Shown: positions 13,480 through 25,216 of the stretch, piece after piece
Layout: each line of letters begins with the position of its first letter
Position numbering within the stretch: the stretch's first letter is position 1
DNA from: Squalus acanthias
Lineage: Eukaryota
Assembly: GCA_030390025.1 (NCBI GenBank)
Contig: CM059425.1
Coordinates: 163,992,001 to 164,056,000, forward strand
DNA length: 64,000 nt
Reading direction: 5' to 3'
Position numbers and translations under genes: made by a program
Notes under the pieces: generated by a model
Databases searched by the model: none
The model's input: only the letters and a program-made list of their open reading frames with translations
What the model was told of the DNA's origin: nothing

Positions 13480-14375
13480 GGGGTAGAAATTAGGTCGCGC
13501 CCCATTTGGGGCGCAAATATCGTCTGGACGCAAATATTAGCGCCTGGCGCTAATTATCGGCACTGACTGGAAACTTCACTTTTACCGCCCCGGGAGGTGA
13601 GTGGAGCGCTAAAGCAGGCGCTGCACACCTGTCTTAAGGCGCAAAGGCCAAGGAGTGAGGCGCTAACTCAGAGCGCTGGCGAAGCTCATGTAATGTCAGT
13701 CAGCAATGGAACACACACACAATGGCACGGGCCAGTTCTTAAAGGGGATGGTTAATCTTGCTTTCCATCCACATCCTGTTCATTGCAGCCTTGAATCTCG
13801 GCCTGGAGAGACTTGCACATCAAATGTGCTGGAAAGAACAATGGAGAGTACCAGGCAAAGAGCTTAGAGTGCAGCTCCCACAGTCTCTGCTAAATCGATA
13901 CAAGGAATGGCAAATCAAAATGAAGCTGCAAAGTGCTGCTCAGTACCCAAAACTCCTTCACACAACGTTGGATCTCTCCAGAAGTCTCTCCCTCTCTCTC
14001 TCAGAATGCGTAGTTCAAAAATGCCACCAACAATAAAAGACAGGAAGAGGCCCCTTTTAAATAGCGCCCCCCCCCCCAGCCCCACAGCGATTGATAGCAT
14101 TCCAGTCTTCCGGTCGTTGGAAGCGCCAGGCGGTAAGGCAGGGGGCGCCACTCAATTTCCGCTCCGGGGCGCCACAAGGGCGTTGCACCATGGAATGACG
14201 TCACAATCTGCGCGCGCAGGTGGTCGCAGCGGTAAGTTTTAGCGCCGCCGCACAATCTCAAGTTAAGTTCTCGAGCGGCGCAAACATCGCTGCGCCCGGG
14301 CGTTAGCGGCTTTGCGCCCCATTAGCGCCCTCTTAAGGCGCTAACGGGAGGCGCAACCAACTGAATTTTTACCCC
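13480..14375 (-). mobile_element. Harbinger MITE (896 bp) with the termini of element 20461-24607
   Basis: TIRs GGGGTAGAAATT / AATTTTTACCCC; 3-bp TSD TCT (13477-79, 14376-78). Terminal ~190 and ~335 bp are near-identical to the autonomous element in opposite orientation. Confidence 0.95.
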
Positions 14376-14394
14376 TCTAACTCTGTATTCTTGG

Positions 14395-14960
14395 CAACAA
14401 CAATGACTTCCATTTATTTAGTGCTCCTCATATAATAGTATGTTTCAGAGTGCTTAACAAGAGGGATGGTCAATAGCAAGGACCTTTAGGAACGTCTTGA
14501 AGGAGGTAGCAAAGCACGACAGTTTATGGAGAGAATGCCATGGGGCAGATGCATTATGATTGAATGATCAGCCTCCAGTAGTGAAGCATAGAGAGCATAG
14601 AACCAGCACTAATCTAGAGTCACGAGAGCAGAGGATGTGGATAAGATTTTATGGGCATATGACTAGTGAAGCTGCATTACCGCATGGTTGTGAAGAGTGG
14701 AGGGAGAGAGGCCAGGGAACAGTGAATCAGAGACATCAATCCTTGAGGGAATGAAGGCATGATATGATTTCAGCAGTGTTAAGAAGAGATCAGAGTGTGA
14801 ATGGGCAGTGTCTGGAGGTGGAAGGACCAGTCTTGGCGATGGTGGGTATGAAATATTTAGGGCAACTGGGAAGGTTGATGGGTTTGGGCCAGAGACAGGA
14901 GGCAAGAGGCTAACTTTGGTTTTGGCAATATTGTACTCAAAGAAATTGTGACTTACTCAG
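14395..14960 (-). mobile_element. Degenerate L2 LINE 3' fragment
   Basis: Begins with (CAA)n, the reverse of the L2 (GTT)n tail; patchy similarity to the reverse complement of 47700-48580. Confidence 0.5.
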
Positions 14961-15170
14961 GTTTTGATATTTAACTACCCCCAAATAAACTGGCAGGAAG
15001 AAGTAGCGAAAGGAGAAAAGGGAATTGAGTTTTTACAGTGTATACAGGACTCCTTTCTCACTCAGTATGTAAGAAGTCCAACAGAAAAAGAATTACTGCT
15101 GGATCTTGTAATGGGTAATGAACCAGGACAAAGGAGAAGTAAGAGTAGGAGAGAATTTTAGTAGTGGAAA

Positions 15171-15592
15171 TTGAATAGACTAGGCCTATATTCCCTAGGC
15201 CTAGAGTTTAGAAGAATGAGAGGTGATCTCATTGAAACATATAAAATTCTTAAAGGGCTTGACAGGGTAGATGCTGGGAGGCTGTTACCCCTGGCTGGGG
15301 AGTCTAGAACTAGGGGTCAGAGTCTCAGAATAAGGGGTCGGGCATTTAGCACTGAGATGAGGAGAAATCTCTTCACTCAAAGGGTTGTAAATCTTTGGAA
15401 TTCTCGCCCACAGAGAGCTGTGGATGCTCAGTCATTGAGTATATTCAAGACAGAGATCAATAGATTTTTGGAGAAAGAATCAAGGGATATGGGGAAAGTG
15501 GAGTTGAGGTAGAAGATCAGCCATGATCTCATTGAATGGCGGAGCAGGTTCAAAGGGCCGAATGGCTTACTCCTGCTCCTATTTCTTATGTT
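15171..15592 (+). mobile_element. CR1 LINE 3' end
   Basis: LEFRRMRGDLIETYKILKGLD...RTRG..L...FTQRVVNLWNS; 3' UTR shared with 42350-42445. Older CR1 endonuclease-region sequence lies at ~14960-15160. Confidence 0.9.
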
Positions 15593-15759
15593 CACAGGTA
15601 ATGACAGAGAAATGCAGAAGTATTGAATAACTGCTTTGCCTCAGTTTTTACTAAAGAAGATAAGGAAAAATAGAAACATCACCTACACCGTAAAACTGAA
15701 TGGGGTAAAAGAGAAAAGGGATCTAGGGATACAGGTGAACAAACCATTGAAAGCAACAC

Positions 15760-16043
15760 CCCCATTTGGCTTGCATCATCATCCTTTTGTCATTTAATTT
15801 CTCGTGCCCTCCACCCTATCAAAGACCTTCCCTTTTGTTCTTTCCTCCCCTCCCCTTTCCCTGCCTCGGTACTTGCTTAAAAACTGTTACATCTCTAACA
15901 TTTTCCAGTTCTAACGAAGGGTCATCGACCTGAAACGTTAACTCTGTTTCTCTCTCCACAGATGCTGCCCGACCTGCTGGGTAGTTCCAGCATTTTCGGT
16001 TTTTAGTTCAGATTTCCAGCATCTGCAGTATCTTGCCTTTGCA
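15760..16043 (+). mobile_element. Penelope-like 3' fragment (family A) with a mutated hammerhead core
   Basis: Same sequence as 1050-1188, but the core reads CTAACGA (15911-17) instead of CTGACGA. Confidence 0.75.
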
Positions 16044-16386
16044 TCACAAGTCAGCAACGCTATTGAAAATGCTAACAAAGCACTGTGATTCATTTCTAGG
16101 GGTATAGAATTCAAAAGTAGTGAAGTTATGTCAAACTTGTATAGGACCCTGGTCAGGCTGCACTTAGAGTACAGTGCACAATTCTGGTCTCCATACTATA
16201 GAAAGGACATAGAGGCACTGGACAAGATGCAAAAAAGATTTATTAGGATGATACCAGAACTGAGAGGTTATACCTATCAGGAAAGATTGAACACATTGGG
16301 GCATTTTTCGTTAGAAAAGAGAAGACCTAGAGGTGACCTGATAGAGGCCTTTAAAATTCTGAATGGGGTGGAGAGAATGTTTCCAT

Positions 16387-18302
16387 TCATAGAATCATAG
16401 AAAGTTACAGCACGGAAGGAGGCCATTTTGGCCCATCGTGTCTGCGCCGGCCAACTAAGAGCTATCCAGCCTAATCCCACTTCCCAGCTCTTGGTCCGTA
16501 GCCCTGCAGGTTAGAGCATCCCAAGTGCACATCCAAGTACTTTTTAAATGTGGTTAGGGTTCCTGCCTCTTCCACCCTTTCAGGCAGTGAGTTCCAGACC
16601 CCCACAACCCTCTGGGTGAAGAAATTTCCCCTCAAATCCCCTCTAAACCTTCCACCAATTACTTTAAATCTGTGCCCCCTGGTTTTTGACCCCTCTGCTA
16701 AGGGAAATAGGTCCTTTCTATCCACTTTATCTACGCCCCTCATAATTTTATACACCTCAATAAGGTCTCCCCTCAGCCTCCTCTGTTCCAAGGAAAACAG
16801 ACCCAGCCTATCCAGTCTTTCCTAATAGCGAAGATTCTCTACTCCCGGCAACATCCTCGTAAATCTCCTCTGTACCCTCTCTAGTGCAATCACATCTTTC
16901 CTGTAATGTGGTGACCAGAACTGAACGCAGTACTCTAGCTGAGGCCTAACTAGTGTTTTATACAGTTGAAGCATAACCCCCCTGCTCTTGTATTCTATGC
17001 CACGGCTAATAAAGGCAAGCATTCCGTATGCCTTCTTAACCACCTTATCTACTTGGCCTGCTACCTTCAGGGATCTGTGGACATGCACTCCAAGGTTCCT
17101 TTGTTCCTCTACACTACTCAGTGTCCTACCATTTAATGTGTATTCCCTTTCCTTGTTAGCCCTCCCCAAATGCATTACCTCACACTTCTCTGGATTGAAT
17201 TCCATTTGCCACATTCTGCCCACCTGACCAATTTATTGATATCTTCCTGCAGTCTACAGCTTCCTTCTTCAGTATCAACCAGACAGCCGATTTTAGTATC
17301 ATCTGCAAACTTCTTAATCATACCCCCTATATTCAAGTCAAGATCGTTGATATATACCGCAAAAAGCAAGGAACCTAGTACTGAGCCCTGCGGAACCCCA
17401 CTGGAAACAGCCTTCCAGTCACAAAAACACCCGTCAACCATTACCCTCTGCTTCCTGTCTCCGAGCCAGTTTTGAATCCAATTTGACACTTTGCCCTGGA
17501 TCCCATGGGCTTTTAACTTCGTGACCAGTCTGCCATGTGGAACCTTATCAAAAGTCTTGCTAAAGTCATATACACTACACCAAACGCACTACCCTCATCT
17601 ACCCTCCTTGTTACCTCCTCAAAAAATTCAATCAAGTTTGTCAGACATGACCTTCCCATAACAAATCCGTGCTGACTATCCTTGATTAATCCGTGTCTTT
17701 CTAAATGAAAATTTATCCTGTCCTTCAGAATTCTTTCCAATAATTTTCCCACGACCGAGTTTAGGCTGACTGGCCTGTAATTACTCGGTCTATCCTTTTC
17801 TCCCTTTTTAAACAAGGGTACCACATTAGCAGTCCTCCAGTCCTCCGGCACCACACCTGAAGCCAGAGAGGATTGAAAAATGATGGTCAGGGCCTCTGCT
17901 ATTTCCTCTGTTGCTTCGCTTAACAGCCTGGGATACATTTCATCCAGGCCTGGGGATTTACCCACTTTTAAAGCTGCTAAACCCCTTAATACTTCCTCTC
18001 TCACTATGTTTATTTCATCTAATATTTCACACTCCTCCCCCCCGATAGCAATGTCTGCTTCACCCCTCTCCTTTGTGAAAACAGACGCAAAGTATTCATT
18101 AAGAACCCTACCGACATCTCCCGCCTCCACACACACATTACCCTCATGATCTCTAATAGGCCCTACCCTTTCTTTAGTTATCCTCTTACTCTTAATATAT
18201 TTATAAAACATCTTTGGGTTTTCCTTGATTTTACTTGCCAAGAATTTTTCATGCTCTCTCTTTGCTTTCCTAATATCATTTTTAATTGCACCCCTGCACT
18301 TT
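16387..18302 (-). mobile_element. 5'-truncated CR1 LINE (RT region, frameshifted)
   Basis: ORF pieces 17513-18331, 17175-17489, 16822-17223 and 16471-16791: [37 protein letters not shown]; (TTCTATGA)n tail. Confidence 0.95.
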
Positions 18303-19206
18303 CTGTGGGAGAATCCAAAACTAGGGGCCATAAATACAAAATAGTTACTAATAAATCCAATTGGGAAATAAGGAGAAATTTCTTAAGAATGTGGAACTCA
18401 TTAGCTTAGATGCTTTCAAAAGGAAACTAGATGAGTACATGAGAAAGGAATAGAAAGATATGTTGAAAGGCTGAGATGAGGTAGATAGAATGGGAGGAGA
18501 CTTGTGTGGAGTATAAATGCCAGCACTTGCTGGGCTGAGTGGCCTGTTTCTGTGCTGTATATTCTATGTAATTCTATGATATCAGACAGGCAGTCAGAAA
18601 GTATTGTAACTGCCTTAGTGCATGTGGGAATCTGACCCCATGCTTGCAGAAGATGTCATCAAAGGGAAACATGGAAACGATGAAATGGAAGAGGGGAAGG
18701 ATGGAATGCTGGGGCGCAGTGGAGATGATTGCACAAATACTGGTGGGAAAACTATTTGAGGAGAAGTGGCACTGTATTAGGACAGAATTGAGTGGAGTCA
18801 GGAGAGAGTGGTAATACAGAGATGGACCACAAAGGGGAACGGTGATGGGAAAGAAGTGGTCAGTGTTGCTGATGGTCAAGAGGTTGGAGAGGATGAAGAG
18901 AGGCAGCAAGCCATGGTCATAGTTTCTGTGAAATTGCGCACTCCACATCTGTCTTGGCCCACAGACTATTATTTAGATTGATTCAGTAGCTGTTTAGACA
19001 GTTACTCAGCATTCTTATAGGTGGTTTCTGACTGGCTATTAGTTGTACATTACTCTTGGTGCACCCTAACACAACCAAGCTTTGAAAAAGCAAACAGTAA
19101 TATTGTACAATCTTGCAAGTTCATAAAACAAATGGGGGAAGAAGTTTGCCTCCATGTAATGTACTGCCTGAGTGCTAAGAATAACTTGATCCCAATTTTT
19201 TTAAAA

Positions 19207-19495
19207 TTTGTTTATGGGATGTGGGCGTCACTGGCAAGGCCAGCATTTATTGCCCATCCCTAATTGCCCTTGAGAAGGTGGTGGTGAGCCGTCTTCTTGA
19301 ACTGCTGCAGTCCGTGTGGTGAAGGTACTCCCACAGTGCTGTTAGGGAGGGAGTTCCACGATTTTGACCCAGCGACGATGAAGGATCAGCGATATACTTC
19401 TAAGTCAGGATGGTGTGTGACTTGGAGGGGAACTGGGAGGTGATGGTGTTCTCATGCGCCTGCTGCCCTTGTCCTTCTAGGTGGAAGAGGTCGGA
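19207..19495 (-). mobile_element. 3' end of a second jockey-group (CR1/L2-like) LINE family
   Basis: Reverse-complement match to 57960-58250 (AAGGGCAATTAGGGATG.GCAATAAATGCTGGCCTTGCCAG). Confidence 0.85.
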
Positions 19496-21048
19496 GAGTT
19501 TTGTACGCCAACTCATTTTAGGGTTCTTGCTACCATTCCATCGGCCTGGGTTGGTTTAAATTTATTCCCAGAGTCGAAAGGAAAGTGTTTATTTATTCTG
19601 TCTCCTAATAAGTGTTGGTGTTCCAGATGAATGTGGGCCAGTGGTTCAGAAGTGCTGTGGTTGCTTTCAAGCGCATTTATCAGACAACAGTGTGAGACAC
19701 ATTTCCAAGGATAAGAACAGCATTTGGTAAACAGCTTTGATCAATTACATAATACATACAACTGGTGTAACAGTGAAAGTGCTTTGTTGGCTTGTGTTTT
19801 AACTTATGCTAGTAAATTTATTACAATTATCCAACTCTTGGGACCTAACTCTTAGATCAGCAAGAAGAACAATTATGGAAAATATGGCTCAAAGCTGGTA
19901 TATCTGAGCCTTTATAAATAATGTATGAAATAGGGTCCATATCAAAGTACGGCAACTACTTAACTGTGTTTACAAGGTAACAACTTACCACTTGTTTCAC
20001 AATAACTGTTTTGCTGGTCTTTTAAAACATTATTTTTTATTGAAGCTGATTGGTTTGGATTTATACATTTACTCAGATTGCGACAACTGTTGCTATAGCC
20101 AAAGGAAAAATAGTGTTGTATTGAGGGAAACAATGTATTTAAAGCCTGTTTTAAAAAAAAACTGTACTAGTGCTACAAGTCTACATCATGAATTAATCAG
20201 TTGTGTTCTTTACAAGTAGTCAGACACTTTACGAAATAAAAAGTTAATGCACAGCTAAATTATATCAATTTTGGTGCTTGTTTGTTCTTTGATATTGATC
20301 AGTAAGAGGTCATTCACTGACAAACAGATTTAATGAGGTATGAAATGTTCTGTTTAATCGATTTAATTTTGGTAACAAGATTAAGAATGTAAATGTGGCT
20401 TAAATAATACATTTCTCAATACATTGGAGGAGCAAAGGGATCTAGGTGTGAAGATACATAGGGGTAAAAATTCACTTGGTTGCGCCTCCCGTTAGCGCCT
20501 TAAGAGGGCGCTAATGGGGCGCAAAGCCGCTAACGCCCGGGCGCAGCGATGTTTGCGCCGCTCGAGAACTTAACTTGAGATTGTGCGGCGGCGCTAAACC
20601 TTACCGCTGCGACCACCTGCGCGCGCAGATTATGACGTCATTCCATGGTGCAACGCCCTTGGGGCGCCCTGGAGCGGAAATTGAGTGGCGCCCCCTGCCT
20701 TACCGCCTGGCGCTTCCAACGACCGGAAGACTGGAACGCTATCAATCGCTGTGGGGCTGGGGGGGGCGCTATTTAAAGGGGGCCTCTTCCTGTCTTTTTC
20801 TGTGGTCGACATTTATGCACCACTCGTTCTGAGAGAGAGAGAGAGATTCGGAGAGAGAGAGAGAGAGACTTCTACATTGACTCAACGCTTTGTGAGGTAG
20901 TTTTGCCTATTCATCCTAACTTTGTTGCTACTTTAGTTGCTGTCCCTCATTACTTTTCTGGCAAAGAGAATATGGGGGCTGCACTGATTGGGGCGTCGTC
21001 CTGCTCCAGCTGAATCGGAGGATATAGAGACGCAGAGAGAGAGTGGCA

Positions 21049-22131
21049 ATGATGGCCAGACGGAGGAGGGCCATCAGGCGCATGTACAGGAGAGCTTACC
21101 CTCCCAGGGTATATCGTGAACAGCTCTCCTACATCCATATGTCCGAGGAGCTGTGTTTGCGAAGGCTGCGATTCAGCAAGGAGGTGGTCACTGAGCTCTG
21201 CCACCTGCTGCAGCCAGATCTGCAGCCTCAACTGAGGTCCAGGACGTCTCTGTCGGTGACAGTGAAGGTCACAGTGGCTTTGAACTTCTACGCCACTGGC
21301 TCATTCCAAGCTGCTGTTGGGGACCTCGCCAATATCTCCCAGTTCGCGGTGCATCGCTGCATCCGGCAGGTCACAAATGCCCTCTTCAGAAGGAGACGAG
21401 AGTTCATCTCTTTCCCTATGACCCCAGACAAGCAGCGTGACCGCGCTCTGGGCTTTGCGAGGGTAGCAGGCTTCCCCATGGTGCAGGGCGCCATTGACTG
21501 CACGCATGTGGCTTTGCGTGCTCCACGTGAGAATGCAGAGGAATTCAGGAACAGAAAGGGGTTCCATTCCTTGAATGTCCAGTTGGTCTGTGACCACAGA
21601 CAGCTGATACTCGCTGTCAATGCCCACTATCCTGGCAGCTGCCACGATGCTTTTATCCTGCGCCAGACTACTGTGGCAGAAGTTTTCGAGGCACCGCATC
21701 AGCCAGTTGGTTGGCTTCTCGGGGACAAGGGGTACGCATTGAGCACCTGGCTGATGACACCGCTCCGTACGCCAAACACCCCTGCTGAGCTGCGGTACAA
21801 TGAAAGCCATCAAGCAACCAGGAACATTATTGAGCGCACAATCGGCGTGCTGAAACAACGGTTCCGCTGTCTGGACCATTCCGGAGGAGCCCTGCAGTAC
21901 TCGCCTGAGCAAGTATCGAACTTCGTAGTCGTGTGCTGCATGTTGCACAACATGACAATCCTCAGGACCCAGCCAATGCCACCAGGCCTTGTAGCACCAC
22001 CAGAGGAGGAGGAGGAAGAGGAGGAAGAGGACGAGGACGATAATCATCAGCAGCACCAAGGCGGGAGGGCGGCCCACAATGGTCAAACTGCAAGGGCCGT
22101 CCGTCAACGGCTAATAGCAAGCCGCTTCTAG
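21049..22131 (+). CDS. Harbinger DDE transposase (HARBI1-like, DDE_Tnp_4 type), 360 aa from the first in-frame ATG
   Basis: GAIDCTH, NRKGFHSLNVQLVCD, PGSCHDAFIL, LLGDKGY, YN..H..TRNIIERTIGVLKQRFRCL, CCMLHN and an acidic tail. The true start is uncertain; an upstream ATG at 20972 is out of frame. Confidence 0.95.
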   Translation: MMARRRRAIRRMYRRAYPPRVYREQLSYIHMSEELCLRRLRFSKEVVTELCHLLQPDLQPQLRSRTSLSVTVKVTVALNFYATGSFQAAVGDLANISQFAVHRCIRQVTNALFRRRREFISFPMTPDKQRDRALGFARVAGFPMVQGAIDCTHVALRAPRENAEEFRNRKGFHSLNVQLVCDHRQLILAVNAHYPGSCHDAFILRQTTVAEVFEAPHQPVGWLLGDKGYALSTWLMTPLRTPNTPAELRYNESHQATRNIIERTIGVLKQRFRCLDHSGGALQYSPEQVSNFVVVCCMLHNMTILRTQPMPPGLVAPPEEEEEEEEEDEDDNHQQHQGGRAAHNGQTARAVRQRLIASRF

Positions 22132-22425
22132 GGCCCCTGCCATTGCTACCAACATTAATCAACCCAGCACGCAACCCCTAAGCCGGCCAAGGCACCAATA
22201 ATTCCAACCACCAGCCATGTATATTTTGAATACAGAAACTTATTTATTTTACAAACTCTGTGTGTGTCAATTCCTCATGACAAACTCATAGAAATAAACA
22301 CAAAAAAACAGTCAATAACATAACTGGTTCTCACAACCTGGAGATAATGTCCAAAACACTAAACAAAAGTTGGACCATGAACCTCGGCCTTTAATAAAAA
22401 AATGACCAGCATTTTGTCACACCTC

Positions 22426-24248
22426 CTACTTTTTGCCCTTCGAGGGTGATCTCCTTCCCTTGCGCACTTCCCCCCTTCTAACCCTACTGCTCCTCCGTAA
22501 TGGGACCTCAGTGGCTGCAGCAAGGCTGGTGGAAGGCTGCTGCTCGTCAGACCCTGACACTGCAGATGCCCCTGAAGGACGGCCTCGACCAGTTCTGGGC
22601 CTAGAGGGCCCGGCTGCAGACTGCACCAACTCTGCATGGGCGGCAGCAGTCTGTCCTACAGGCGGTGGCAAGTGCAGTGGAGAAGTGACAGTGTTGGCAG
22701 CAGGAATGCTGTCATCGTGAGAGAGGACAGCAACTCCCTGCTCGCCCGACACACTGGCACTCCCACGGGGCAGCACTTCAGCATCCGGAGCAATCTGCCG
22801 GAGAACAGATTGCTGGCCTGCTGCGGCGCGGTGACAGCCCCGGGGACATGTGCACGAGCCATCGAGGTTGGCAGCAGTCTGTGCTCGCGTGGCCTCCATC
22901 TGAGTCTGTATGAGAGCAGTCAGAGATGGGATCACGGCAGCCAGTGACTGAATTGCAGCACTAAGCGTTAGTGTGGCATCCGCCTGTGCTACAGCGAAGT
23001 GCTCCACACTCCTTGCCAGTGACTCAATGCATTCGGGCACCCTTCCCACTGCACCCATGAGCTCAGTGTGCATGCCCACCACCTGGGTGTTCATTTCTGC
23101 AATCAGTCGCTCCTCCTCTGCGTCCATTGCAGTAGGAGTGTCTGGCATACTCTCCCTCTGGGGAGAAGGCCCCCGTTCTTCCCTACCACCCCCATGGCGT
23201 TGCTGCAGCCCGCTGGGTCCTGGAGCTTCACCCTCATCAGCCCCTTCCCCCCTGCTCCCCTCCGGGGAAGGCGTGTTCCCAGTGTGGGCATGGGCTTCCT
23301 CGGGAGAGGGTGGCACTGATGCTCTGGCTTCCTCTTCCTCCTCGGCTGCAGCATCACTCCCAGTGGCAGCTTCAGGGCCCATCTCCTCAGCTGGTGAATC
23401 ACCATCTGAAAGCAGGGAGGTACAAGAGTGGCTTTAGCGTGAGGACAGGGTGGCAGTAAGGGAGGAATAAGTGCAGCGAGTTAGCAAGTTGGATTGAAAG
23501 TGTCAAAGGCTGGTGTTGTGAGGGACAAATGGAAGGACAGAGGACAAAAAGGTGATGACCTTACCATTGCTGTCCAGAACGGGGTCGGCGTCTCCAGTGG
23601 CGACGGGACCGATCACCCGGCTTGCCACAATCCTGTGGACGCGCTCCTCCAGATCGCTGAGGGGTTGCAGCTGAGGCCGCCCTCCACCTGTCCATTGCTG
23701 CTGTCTCCTATTATGAGCCAGCTTAGCCTGCAAGAAAAAGGACAGCATCTGAGTAAATATACAGCCATGGTCTTGCCTGATTTGCCTCCCATAGGTGAAT
23801 AGCCCTTACTGTATACAGCCATGGTCTTGCCTGATGTGCCTCCCATAGGTGAATAGCCCTTACTGTATGCAAAGTGTGGAATGTGTGTGTGTGTTTGATG
23901 AAAGGGCCATAGGTGTTGGATGAGTGTTGTGCATTGGGGTTTTAAGACCCTCTGGCCATAGAGTGAGGTTGAGATGGAGGGATGGAGAGGTATTGAGAAA
24001 AAGCCACTCACCCTGATGACCCGAGTGAGGTCGTTGAACTTTTTGCGGCATTGAGTATGGGTCCTGGGCACCATGCTCCTGGAGGAGACGCTCTGAGCCA
24101 CCTCCCTCCACACTCTTCTGAACTCGCGTGGCAAAGGCCTCCTGCCACTCTCAGGGAACAGCATACATCGTCTGCGCTCCACTGCGCCAACCAGAGCATC
24201 CAAGGCCCGCTCGGTGAAGCGATGAGCGCGTTCTCTCACCCTCTCCAT
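22426..24248 (-). CDS. Harbinger Myb/SANT-like DNA-binding protein, 3 exons, 459 aa
   Basis: Exons 24248-24012 (237 nt; RF.ERALDALV...WREVA...RTHTQCRKKFNDL; donor GTGAGT), 23727-23565 (163 nt; AKLAHNRRQQQWTGGG; donor GTAAGG) and 23405-22426 (980 nt). All introns are GT-AG; total 1380 nt, open to the stop. Confidence 0.9.
23758..23868. repeat. ~54-bp tandem duplication in intron 1 of the Myb gene
   Basis: TATACAGCCATGGTCTTGCCTGAT(T/G)TGCCTCCCATAGGTGAATAGCCCTTACTG twice. Confidence 0.9.
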
Positions 24249-25056
24249 GCTTGGCAGCAAAATGGATTACAGGTCTCTCCAGGCTGAGATTCAAGGCTGC
24301 AATGAGCAGGGTGTGGCTGGGGAGCAAGTGGCCCCCCCCCCGCTTTAAGAAGTGTCCGGCGCCAGTGTGTCTGTGTTCCCTCGCTAACTGGCAGCAGCTG
24401 CGCTGCGCTCTCGCGCTGAGTTAGCGCCTCACTCCTTGGCCTTTGCGCCTTAAGACAGGTGTGCAGCGCCTGCTTTAGCGCTCCACTCACCTCCCGGGGC
24501 GGTAAAAGTGAAGTTTCCTGTCAGTGCCGATAATTAGCGCCAGGCGCTAATATTTGCGTCCAGACGATATTTGTGCCCCAAATGGGGCGCGACCTAATTT
24601 CTACCCCATAAATTCTTATAGTGGGTAGATAGGTAAAAAATAATTAAGAAATCAAATGGGGCTCAGAGGTTTATATTGAGAGAATTGAAATCAAAAGCAG
24701 AGGTCATGATGACCCTGTACAAATGATAAAGAACTTGGATTACATAACACCTTTTACAACCTCAGGACATCCCAAAGTGCTTTACAGCCAATTAAGTACT
24801 TTGGAAGTGTTGTCACTGTTGTGATGATAAGTTTACATCTGGAATACTGTGTGCTTCTTACAATAGGAGGGATATAATAACCCTGTAGAATGCGCAACAC
24901 AGATTTACCATGATGATGCCAAGAATGATGTGCCTAAATAACAAGGAATGGCTAGATCAACAAGGAATGTATTTTTTCAAATTGAGAACATTTCGGGGAC
25001 TTTCACAGAGCGGTTCAAAATGATAAAGGGAATAGACAAGGTAGACAACATAGAGT

Positions 25057-25216
25057 GGCTCTGAAATTCCATGGGGGTTCTACTAGTCTCTTGCTGTAAC
25101 TCCAGCGGAAGACTGGCAAAATCCCCCAGGAAAACATCATAAATGGTCATTTTCAGCTGGTCTCCCGCCAGAATTATAGCAGCAGACCAGCTGAACCCAC
25201 ACATAATTTTAGGGCC
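25057..25216. mobile_element. ~160-bp short MITE family (also ~31046-31197 and ~34709-34874)
   Basis: GGNNNNNAAATT-type termini and an internal quasi-palindrome shared by three copies (CTGTAACTTC.GC.GAA...TTTCTCTGG...CTGGGAGAT). Confidence 0.55.

Larger units (their letters stand above)
15700..18576 (+). mobile_element. Older CR1 3' portion, interrupted by a PLE fragment (15760-16043) and an inverted CR1 (16387-18302)
   Basis: RDLGIQVNKPLKA | ...ISRGIEFKSSEVMSNLYRTLVRLHLEYSAQFWSPY...ERMFP | VGESKTRGHKYKI; TTCTATG-type tail near 18562-18578. Confidence 0.8.
20461..24607 (+). mobile_element. Full-length two-gene PIF/Harbinger DNA transposon (4147 bp)
   Basis: TIRs GGGGTAAAAATT / AATTTCTACCCC; 3-bp TSD ATA (20458-60, 24608-10). 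Interrupts a CR1 remnant (EEQRDLGVKIH|KF). Convergent transposase and Myb/SANT genes. Confidence 0.97.

Noticed and set aside
21043..22131. Domesticated host HARBI1 gene
   Set aside because: The ORF lies inside TIRs with a TSD, is paired with a Myb gene and is inserted in a CR1 remnant, so it is a transposon copy. No gene symbol assigned.
21301..23437. Antisense and alternative-frame ORFs over the Harbinger genes (e.g. 21301-22107, 22973-23437)
   Set aside because: Shadow ORFs of GC-rich coding sequence with no recognisable motifs.
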